DNA from: a virus
Lineage: Duplodnaviria > Caudoviricetes
Length of the DNA stretch: 32,116 nt
Strand: one strand, 5' to 3'
Virus record (IMG/VR): IMGVR_UViG_3300016464_000173
Location: 1 to 32,116 of that record
Part shown: positions 7,390 to 14,109 of the stretch, in pieces
Layout of the letters: the number at the start of each line of letters is the position of its first letter
Numbering within the stretch: position 1 is the stretch's first letter
Translations under genes and position numbers: made by a program
Notes under the pieces: model-generated
Seen by the model: the letters and a program-made list of their open reading frames with translations, nothing else
Databases searched by the model: none
Told to the model about the DNA's origin: nothing

Positions 7390-8028
7390 ATGAGCGATTA
7401 TAGAGTTAAAATCTCCGTTTCAAATGCGCGTATACGCAAAGCAATCGAGGCAGCAGGGTATACCTCCGTGCTTCAGATGTGCAGGGTGAAAAACCTATCA
7501 ATTACCGCCACGTTTAATCTCGTGAACATGAAAACCTCACCGCTCAACAAGAAGGGAGAATGGAGATTGTGCGTGTTGAAGTTGGCTGATGCGTTGTATT
7601 CACTGCCCGATGATCTTTTTAGCGAACAGCAAAAAGTAGTTGTCCTCAAAACATCTACAGGCACCAAAGATGTTACTGAATCAGAACTTGTCCGTATCAG
7701 CGAACAGTATATCTGGGACAATCGTCTTGAAGATATGCAAGACAACGAAGGGGTTCGTGAGATTGCCCATGAACAGGCCGAAAATCTGATTAAACAGGCG
7801 ATGGATTCGGCACTTACCTCAAGAGAAAAACAAGTTTTGAATATGAGATTTGGAATGAATGGGGAAACAAAATCATTTTATGAAGTAGCCTACCAATTCG
7901 ACGTAACTCAACAGCGCATTCGTCAAATTCAGGACAAGGCGTTACGCAAACTCCGCGCTTACGCTAAAAGAGAAAAGAGTAAAGTGGGTAAAATATTGAA
8001 TGAACTCAGAGATGATATAAGCGAATGA
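7390..8028 (+). CDS. HTH + sigma70 region-4 domain protein
   Basis: C-terminal LTSREKQVLNMRFG...FDVTQQRIRQIQDKALRKLR closely matches RpoD region 4; N-terminal XRE-like HTH; AT-rich. Confidence 0.8.
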   Translation: MSDYRVKISVSNARIRKAIEAAGYTSVLQMCRVKNLSITATFNLVNMKTSPLNKKGEWRLCVLKLADALYSLPDDLFSEQQKVVVLKTSTGTKDVTESELVRISEQYIWDNRLEDMQDNEGVREIAHEQAENLIKQAMDSALTSREKQVLNMRFGMNGETKSFYEVAYQFDVTQQRIRQIQDKALRKLRAYAKREKSKVGKILNELRDDISE

Positions 8029-8078
8029 CTTAAGAGAAAAAACAACAAACTTTGCATAGATTTTTTTAGGAGACAATA

Positions 8079-8375
8079 ATGGGTGAGCCAATGTACACCG
8101 ACGACGACGAAATGTTCCAAGACCTACCCCACGATCCGGTGGATTCACCGCGCCACTACCAACTGCGAATCGGCGGAGTGGACGCGGAAATGATCGACGT
8201 AATCCGCGCCATTCTCGGCGCTCGTGGCACGCTGACTTACTGCCACGGATCGGCGCTGAAGTATCTCGGGCGCGCTGGCAAAAAAGACGGCGCACCGACG
8301 GCGCAGGATTTCCGCAAGGCTGCGTGGTTTTGCACGTATGCCGCGCATATGGCGGAGGATCTCGCCAATGACTAA
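8079..8375 (+). CDS. DUF3310 (T7 gp1.7/SaV-like) protein
   Basis: DPVDSPRHY, GSALKYLGRAGKK, DFRKAAWF; AGGAG RBS. Confidence 0.85.
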   Translation: MGEPMYTDDDEMFQDLPHDPVDSPRHYQLRIGGVDAEMIDVIRAILGARGTLTYCHGSALKYLGRAGKKDGAPTAQDFRKAAWFCTYAAHMAEDLAND

Positions 8376-8535
8376 CCAATCCTCGCAGGAAGCCCTGCAC
8401 GCTATTGCCGAACTGCTCGGCACCAGGCCAACGCCTGCCATGGTGGTGGCCGCGCTCGAGGCAGCGTACTCGCTCGGTCGGTGCGACCAGATACTCGAGA
8501 CTACGGAAAAGGTGAAACATGAACTGGCTTCTTGA
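8368..8535 (+). CDS. Hypothetical protein
   Basis: GGAGG RBS before MTNQSS; overlapping operon arrangement. Confidence 0.55.
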   Translation: MTNQSSQEALHAIAELLGTRPTPAMVVAALEAAYSLGRCDQILETTEKVKHELAS

Positions 8536-8638
8536 CATCATCCGCAGGATTCGGCGGTCACGCCGTGAGGATTGGCGGCACGTACCGCCGCCGAATTGGG
8601 CCTGCTCACGCAAACGCGCGGGAGGGCTTTACTGGTGA
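8519..8638 (+). CDS. 39-aa cationic Trp/Arg-rich peptide
   Basis: Not in track. MNWLLDIIRRIRRSRREDWRHVPPPNWACSRKRAGGLYW; AAGGTG RBS; stop overlaps the next GTG. Confidence 0.5.
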   Translation: MNWLLDIIRRIRRSRREDWRHVPPPNWACSRKRAGGLYW

Positions 8639-8850
8639 AAGTAGAAATCTGTCCCGAAAGCATGGCCGAAATTACTCGGGCCGAATTGCAGTTGACGCTG
8701 CAACTGTTCAAGCAGGATTTACGCCAGCGGAAAGCGGGTAAAGGCGCAGCGGTATTCGCCCACGACAAGACAACCGACATTGAGCAGATAAAGCGGCACA
8801 TCGAGGCCACGGAAATGCTCTTGCGGTACTTTGGGGGAAGCACTAAGTGA
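8635..8850 (+). CDS. Hypothetical protein
   Basis: GGAGG RBS, GTG start with GTGA overlap (MKVEICPES...). Confidence 0.55.
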   Translation: MKVEICPESMAEITRAELQLTLQLFKQDLRQRKAGKGAAVFAHDKTTDIEQIKRHIEATEMLLRYFGGSTK

Positions 8851-9020
8851 AACTCTATGACGTACCACGAGACTCGCGCATCAAACTTGCCGACGGGCTG
8901 GAGCTGAACTTCAAGCGCATCGACGGCATGTACTCACTATGTCTGACCGACGACAACGAGCCGGTGCATGTCGCAGCGTGGACTGAGGTTGCAATGGTTA
9001 AGAAGGAGGAACCGAAATGA
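8847..9020 (+). CDS. Conserved small phage protein
   Basis: Not in track. 57 aa MKLYDVPRDSRIKL...FKRIDGMYSLC; 4-nt overlaps on both sides. Confidence 0.6.
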   Translation: MKLYDVPRDSRIKLADGLELNFKRIDGMYSLCLTDDNEPVHVAAWTEVAMVKKEEPK

Positions 9021-9490
9021 CTGACCTAAATTTTGAAGGACTATCGGACAAGCAACTGCGACTCTTTGCCGTGCGGTGTGCAAGGCGAGTACAGCATCTG
9101 ATGACCGATCCGCGAAGCATCGTCGCGCTTGATGTTGCGGAGCGTTACGCCCATGGCGAAGCGACGGATAAGGAACTGGCCGAGGCGGCGGATGCGGCGG
9201 GTGCTGCGGCACGGGCTGCGGATTCGGCATGGGATGCGGCTGCGGCGGAAGCGGCGTGGGCTGCGTGGGCTGCGAGGGCTGCGAGGGCTGCGGCGTGGGG
9301 CGCGGTATGGGCTGCGAGGGCTGCGAGGGCTGCGACGAGGGGCGCGGTATGGGATGCGAGGGCTGCGGCGGACGCGGCGCTGGCTGCGGCGAGGGATGCA
9401 GCGATGGATGCAGCGGCGAATTCGGCGAGGGATGCGGAACTCGCTGAACAACAAAAGATCTTGGACGAGATTCGAAAGGAGCCGAAATGA
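9017..9490 (+). CDS. Imm5-like protein with Ala/Trp/Arg-rich repeats
   Basis: LRLFAVRCARRVQHL..DPRS..ALDVAERYAHGEATDKEL followed by AAW/AAR repeats. Confidence 0.7.
   Translation: MTDLNFEGLSDKQLRLFAVRCARRVQHLMTDPRSIVALDVAERYAHGEATDKELAEAADAAGAAARAADSAWDAAAAEAAWAAWAARAARAAAWGAVWAARAARAATRGAVWDARAAADAALAAARDAAMDAAANSARDAELAEQQKILDEIRKEPK
9225..9415 (+). repeat. Coding tandem repeat (9-bp GGGCTGCG(A/T) units, ~42-bp higher-order duplication)
   Basis: gcgagggctgcgagggctgcg.cg.ggggcgcggtatggg occurs twice in tandem. Confidence 0.75.
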
Positions 9491-9915
9491 CCACACTACG
9501 CGAAGCCGCCCAGCAGGCGTTGGAGGCGCTACAGGCTTATGGCAGCCATACTCCAAACTGTGATTATCTTGTTTTGCTGACATCATTGCCTCCGCAACGC
9601 AAACCGTGTTCGTGTGGGCTTGGTGCCAAAATCACCGCCCTCCGCGCCGCGCTGGCAGAGCCAAACCACGACTACGAGCGTGGGTTCGTTGGTGGCATGA
9701 GTGAGCAAGTACGGCGCGACGTAGAAAGGGACGTAATGTCATCGCTTGAACGCTTCTACGCTATTGCCGTAACAACCGAGCGGGAGGCGTGTGCGAAGGT
9801 GTGCGATGCTCTGTCCGATAGGGACTATGGCCCGTATGGAGAGGATGCAGAAGCAAGGGACAGTGTCGCGTGTGAACAATGCGCCGACGCCATCCGCGCA
9901 AGAGGTGAGACATGA
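9487..9915 (+). CDS. Modular phage hypothetical protein
   Basis: LREAAQQALEAL N-module, EREACAKVCD...CADAIRARGE C-module. Confidence 0.65.
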   Translation: MTTLREAAQQALEALQAYGSHTPNCDYLVLLTSLPPQRKPCSCGLGAKITALRAALAEPNHDYERGFVGGMSEQVRRDVERDVMSSLERFYAIAVTTEREACAKVCDALSDRDYGPYGEDAEARDSVACEQCADAIRARGET

Positions 9916-10058
9916 ACGATGAATTGGAAAGGCTGATCGACCTGCTTGAGCAGTCCGTTGCAAAGAACGGCGAAAAACCGCTGACAAACAAATGGCTGCT
10001 TAACATTTTGAAGATAATAGAGCGACAGCAAAACCCCGACTGGATGGAGGAGCAGTAA
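9912..10058 (+). CDS. Hypothetical protein (48 aa)
   Basis: Not in track. MNDELERLIDLLEQSVAKNGEKPLTNKWLLNILK; GAGGTG RBS; ATGA overlap. Confidence 0.55.
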   Translation: MNDELERLIDLLEQSVAKNGEKPLTNKWLLNILKIIERQQNPDWMEEQ

Positions 10059-10061
10059 GAC

Positions 10062-10301
10062 ATGACCGACGACATCGAAACCCTGCGCCGGGAAAACGAG
10101 CGGCTGCGGAAGGAACTAGTCGAAGCCGAAGCCGTGCGCGAGCGGTGCAACGAGCGGGCATTTCGGTTGGAGTCCGAGGTCGAGCGGCTGCGGGAGGCGT
10201 TGGATAACTTGATTGTCGCCTGCGAATTGCCCGGCGATCATTGTGAAGTGGAACAGGCTCTGCCTTATGCCAAAGCCGCACTACAGGAGCAACCGCGATG
10301 A
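10062..10301 (+). CDS. Coiled-coil hypothetical protein
   Basis: GGAGGAG RBS; repeated ERLR heptads. Confidence 0.6.
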   Translation: MTDDIETLRRENERLRKELVEAEAVRERCNERAFRLESEVERLREALDNLIVACELPGDHCEVEQALPYAKAALQEQPR

Positions 10302-10621
10302 CCCGCGACGACATCATCCGGCTAGCGAAAGAGGCTGGGCTAACGCAGGAACCTTTTTGCCGATGGGGTGGCTACTTGGATGACCTTATGCGCTTCACCG
10401 CCCTTGTTGCCGCCGAGAAAGAGCAGCAGATGACCCGCGACGGCTGGCGACAATGCGCCAAAGGGCAAAGGACGACGCAGTTTTGTAAGTTGCTTGACGC
10501 TGCGGTGAAAGCCGAGCGGGAGGCGTGTGCGAAGGTGTGTGATGAATTACGCGACGAAGATGGATTTGAGCCTTACGGAACTGAATGCGCCGCCGCGATT
10601 CGGGCGAGGGGTGAGGTATGA
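10298..10621 (+). CDS. Modular phage hypothetical protein
   Basis: MTRDDIIRLAKEAG N-module; EREACAKVCD...CAAAIRARGE C-module. Confidence 0.65.
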   Translation: MTRDDIIRLAKEAGLTQEPFCRWGGYLDDLMRFTALVAAEKEQQMTRDGWRQCAKGQRTTQFCKLLDAAVKAEREACAKVCDELRDEDGFEPYGTECAAAIRARGEV

Positions 10622-10884
10622 AGGACGAATGGGATTTAGAAGTCGAGCGTATGCCGTGGCGATTCAATCCACCGAAGCCGGATTTACGCGCGGCGCTCTT
10701 GCAGTTGCGCTCATTAGGATTTAACGCCGAGGCCGACTTGATCGCGGGTGAGGTTCTCAACGTGCAGAAGGTGAGGGCCAAGGAGGCCGAGGCATACATT
10801 CTGCTATCGGCCGCGTGGCCTGCGCTGGTACGTGCCGGGCGCACGGAATTGGCCGATCAGATTTCGCAGTTTCTCGCTGATTAG
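10618..10884 (+). CDS. Hypothetical protein, last early-right gene
   Basis: GAGGT RBS, ATGA overlap; stop overlaps the convergent gene's stop. Confidence 0.6.
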   Translation: MKDEWDLEVERMPWRFNPPKPDLRAALLQLRSLGFNAEADLIAGEVLNVQKVRAKEAEAYILLSAAWPALVRAGRTELADQISQFLAD

Positions 10885-11105
10885 CGCCGGACGTGATACG
10901 GGCTGGCCTTTTTGAAATGGTCGGCATTGCACTGCACGGCTTGGTCGATTGGCCGCGCGATCTCTGGGTGCGAACAATTAAACTTCGAGTTGCGATACAC
11001 GAAGAAGGCGCAATTCTGGCAGAGTTCCGGTTCAGCCCACGACAATTCTGTTATCAATTCACGATCCAGCACGCGCATGACTACACCGGAGCGCCTCGAA
11101 ACCAC
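10881..11105 (-). CDS. Small Cys-rich hypothetical protein (start may be 11078)
   Basis: CQNC...C.HP...C; last gene of the late operon. Confidence 0.5.
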   Translation of the reverse strand: MVSRRSGVVMRVLDRELITELSWAEPELCQNCAFFVYRNSKFNCSHPEIARPIDQAVQCNADHFKKASPYHVRR

Positions 11106-12079
11106 GCCTTGCCAGCGTCCACGGCGACGATCTCCGGCTCTAGCAGTCGCCCCTCGCGGTATGTCAGCACCACGAAGCCCGACGCCCAGTTCAGCGGCCC
11201 GGCTTCAACATACGTGAACTGCGGGCCTTTCGGCTCGGCCATCGTGCCGCAGTCCACGCCGAAGCGTCGGCCGCGATAGTCCGCCCACGGCGTGTATTGC
11301 AACTTGTGAAGGTGGCCGTGGACGTAATGCGTTCCCGCGCGCAGTGCCGAATTGTAGGCCGCGTGGATACCGCCGCTCACCGGCCGATGCCTAATGACCG
11401 TCCACGCATACTGCTCTGCGTTCAGATGCACGGCCCAGCCCGCGCGCCACCGTGGCAGATAGTCGATCAGCGTCGAGCCTGGCACCTCTTCAAGTTCGGG
11501 CACGTTGCTGGATAGGTAGTTTTCAAACCGAGCGTCGTGGTTGCCGATTGTGCGTAGCAACTGCGCCTTGCCCGCCGCGCGCTCAATCTCCGCGCATCGA
11601 TCCTGTACTGCGTGCAGTTCGTCCTTCAGTTCGGGCTGCTTTTCCCACATGATCCGAGAATGCCGACTGATCCGCGCGCCGTCCAGAATGTCACCATTGA
11701 GGATGACGATATCGGGCTTCAGCGCCTTCGCCAACTTGCAAAATGCCTCATGCGCTGGCGTAACAACGCCCGGCCAGTAGTGGCAATCGCTCGCCACCAT
11801 CACCACGCCGTCGTGCAGTTCGAGGTGCATTTCGGATTCGTAGCGCCGCGCGCGATCCTCGGCCAGGCGGTTGGCCGCTTGTCCTGCTTCGGCCTTGATG
11901 CCTGTCGTGCAAGTCGGTGCAATCTTACTCGGCAATGCTATGCCGTGTTTAGCCTCAAGCGAGCGCCTGCGTTGATGGACACTCCGCACCGGCAGAGACA
12001 GTGCGTCGGCTACTTTTTTGGGTGATCCGTAACGCTTCCATGCGTCGATGAATTCCTCGTCGGTGTAACGCCTTGGCAT
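11081..12079 (-). CDS. Calcineurin-like metallophosphoesterase with N-terminal HTH
   Basis: SDCH, NGDILD, GNHD, HGHLH motifs. Confidence 0.85.
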   Translation of the reverse strand: MPRRYTDEEFIDAWKRYGSPKKVADALSLPVRSVHQRRRSLEAKHGIALPSKIAPTCTTGIKAEAGQAANRLAEDRARRYESEMHLELHDGVVMVASDCHYWPGVVTPAHEAFCKLAKALKPDIVILNGDILDGARISRHSRIMWEKQPELKDELHAVQDRCAEIERAAGKAQLLRTIGNHDARFENYLSSNVPELEEVPGSTLIDYLPRWRAGWAVHLNAEQYAWTVIRHRPVSGGIHAAYNSALRAGTHYVHGHLHKLQYTPWADYRGRRFGVDCGTMAEPKGPQFTYVEAGPLNWASGFVVLTYREGRLLEPEIVAVDAGKAWFRGAPV

Positions 12080-12370
12080 TTAATCCTCAAAGGTTGTGAG
12101 CGATTGCTGGAGCAGATGCCCCAGTTGATCGACGAATTGCTCGTCTCGGGACAGCGGGTGCGCCATCATGTCGAGCATGGCGTGCGTCCATTCATGGCAG
12201 AAGGTTTGCTGTAGTGATGTCATCGGCTGACCGCCGAGGATTTCGATGCGTAGGCGATCCGGTATCCAGATTCCGACGCAATCCTTATGCTTCCACCGGC
12301 TGCGCGGGATGACTCGAACCGTGATGTTGTGCCCTAGAAGTTTGAAACTCTTAGGGATGCCGGTTTTCAT
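12080..12370 (-). CDS. Small HEXXH zinc metallopeptidase-like protein
   Basis: TFCHEWTHAM and downstream DEQFVD. Confidence 0.7.
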   Translation of the reverse strand: MKTGIPKSFKLLGHNITVRVIPRSRWKHKDCVGIWIPDRLRIEILGGQPMTSLQQTFCHEWTHAMLDMMAHPLSRDEQFVDQLGHLLQQSLTTFED

Positions 12371-12379
12371 TTTTCGTCC

Positions 12380-12862
12380 TTATTGGCTCAAGAACATTGA
12401 CCGCTCATCGTTCCGTCGCTTGACCAGCCCAGGCAACACCTTGCCCGCTGCCTTTGTCCACATGAGAAACGCATCGGCCGCACCCTCGATGTCGCCTCGG
12501 TTGTAGCGCATACGAATACTGCTGCGCTGAAGATTGCCGAGGCCGACGTTAAAGGCAAAACTTACCAGAGCGTCGAATTGGCCTTGATGATTAACAGAAG
12601 CAGGGCAAAGTCGGGCCACGCCGCGCTCAAACCGCGCAAGGTCTTGAGCAAGGATAGCGTCCACCTCGTCCATCGTGAGTGTGCGATCCCACCCTGCGGG
12701 TATCGGTAGACTGCGCCGCTCTTCATACTTCACCGCTGCGTGTGATGGGTCGATAACGTGGCCGACGCCGACACTCCAGAGCAGCGCCGGACATTGATAC
12801 GGCCGCGTGCGGACGCCTTCATGGTGCTTCACCATCTTGATGGCTGCGGCAGACGCTTTCAT
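12380..12862 (-). CDS. Endolysin, GH24 lysozyme
   Basis: HHEGVRTRPY, WSVGVGH, QFDALVSFAFNVG, LPGLVKRRNDE. Confidence 0.92.
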   Translation of the reverse strand: MKASAAAIKMVKHHEGVRTRPYQCPALLWSVGVGHVIDPSHAAVKYEERRSLPIPAGWDRTLTMDEVDAILAQDLARFERGVARLCPASVNHQGQFDALVSFAFNVGLGNLQRSSIRMRYNRGDIEGAADAFLMWTKAAGKVLPGLVKRRNDERSMFLSQ

Positions 12863-13344
12863 TTCTTGTTAAATGCTTGCGTCCCAAACCAGAAAGCAAT
12901 GATGCTCGAGAGAATCATCATCTCATCGTCGCTAAATACGTTTTCCATCGCAATGGCAAACGGAATGCCAGTCGTATAGGCATACCACACACCAGCCACG
13001 TTGAGCGCGACAAGTTCCAGCACAAAGATGTACGTCACGACCGGACGCACACTTGCGCGAAGGTTAATCATCCACTGACTCGCGCCCTTGCCGATCTCAA
13101 TGTCATGCTGGTACAGGGCTTGCCGTTCCTCGCCAGCCGTCTGCGTCTGGATTTGCTCCAGTTTGATTTCCTCGACACGCGCTTGTGCGATCAGCCCGCG
13201 TTCAGCCAGCGCCAACTCGCGCTCCTTTTGTGCTGCGACCAGTGCAAGTTCGTGTTTCTTGTCCTGCCGGTCTTGGAAGATGGACAGAATCTTGGGCAGA
13301 CCACCCGCAAGGAATGACAGAAAGGTGCTAATCATGGTCATCAT
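12859..13344 (-). CDS. Holin-like membrane protein (GTA 3TM holin-like)
   Basis: ASVRPVVTY, C-terminal TM segments, IIAFWFG; coupled to endolysin. Confidence 0.65.
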   Translation of the reverse strand: MMTMISTFLSFLAGGLPKILSIFQDRQDKKHELALVAAQKERELALAERGLIAQARVEEIKLEQIQTQTAGEERQALYQHDIEIGKGASQWMINLRASVRPVVTYIFVLELVALNVAGVWYAYTTGIPFAIAMENVFSDDEMMILSSIIAFWFGTQAFNKK

Positions 13345-13754
13345 TTGCTTGCCCTCACTACGTTATCGCCCTTGGTCACGGTCACATGGTCGCCTTCAAC
13401 GTCCACGCGCATCGGCTGTTCTTTACGATCCAATTTATCCAACTTGGTGATAAGGCTCTTTATGACCTCAAACTCTGGCTTTTCTTCCTTCTCAACCGTG
13501 CCTGCAATGCCGTTGAGCATCGAAATCAGCGCGGTCAGCGAGGCACCCAGTAGGCCCATCACGGCGGCGATCTTGTCGCTATCCAGCGCAAGGCTAGAGA
13601 GGACGCCAATCACCACGATGACCGTGATATAGGCCAGACCATGTTTGCCGATAGCCTTGCCCGCCACATCTTTGGCGCTGCTGTTTGCCTCAAGCCGCTG
13701 AAGTTCGGCCTTGATTTGAACTCTTAAAAGTTCGATTTCGCTATTGTCGCTCAT
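13341..13754 (-). CDS. Membrane protein (2 TM)
   Basis: Two hydrophobic segments; lysis cluster. Confidence 0.6.
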   Translation of the reverse strand: MSDNSEIELLRVQIKAELQRLEANSSAKDVAGKAIGKHGLAYITVIVVIGVLSSLALDSDKIAAVMGLLGASLTALISMLNGIAGTVEKEEKPEFEVIKSLITKLDKLDRKEQPMRVDVEGDHVTVTKGDNVVRASK

Positions 13755-13909
13755 TACTTGTCGGCCTTTTTATTTATCAGATCCCAGGCTGATTTCATCT
13801 TGTCCTCAAGAACCGCCACTCTTAGGTCAAGTTTTGACAAGACAATAATCAGCGTGATGAGTGCAAGAATGACGGGCCACGCTCTAGTAAACATCTCGAA
13901 TATGTCCAT
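13754..13909 (-). CDS. 51-aa single-TM + coiled-coil protein
   Basis: Not in track. MDIFEMFTRAWPVILALITLIIVLSKLDLRVAVLEDKMKSAWDLINKKADK; AGGGGG RBS; TAATG overlap. Confidence 0.6.
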   Translation of the reverse strand: MDIFEMFTRAWPVILALITLIIVLSKLDLRVAVLEDKMKSAWDLINKKADK

Positions 13910-13917
13910 AGCGCCCC

Positions 13918-14109
13918 CTACTTTTTATTGTTTGCGATCTTCTCTTTGATGGTCAGAGAATGAGAAATGATTGCAAACAATCCGACGATAATGGCCGTGA
14001 CGCCAGCAATAAAAGTAACGATCTCATTCGCGCTTGAAAACCAACTGGTTCCCGCTGCTGCAATCGAAACGCCTGCGGCAATATCCGCGCCTCTGCTTGT
14101 GTTGGTCAT
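13918..14109 (-). CDS. Small 2-TM holin-like protein
   Basis: Two hydrophobic helices, basic C-terminus. Confidence 0.55.
   Translation of the reverse strand: MTNTSRGADIAAGVSIAAAGTSWFSSANEIVTFIAGVTAIIVGLFAIISHSLTIKEKIANNKK

Noticed and set aside
8937-9586. Pro/Gln-, Arg- and Gly/Cys-rich alternative ORFs
   Set aside because: Artefacts of the 9-bp repeat in the Imm5-like gene
10895-10920. Intrinsic terminator near the convergent junction
   Set aside because: The stem before the T-run is too weak to support
13333-13344. Holin/antiholin dual start (MMTM)
   Set aside because: No charged residue between the Met codons, unlike lambda S
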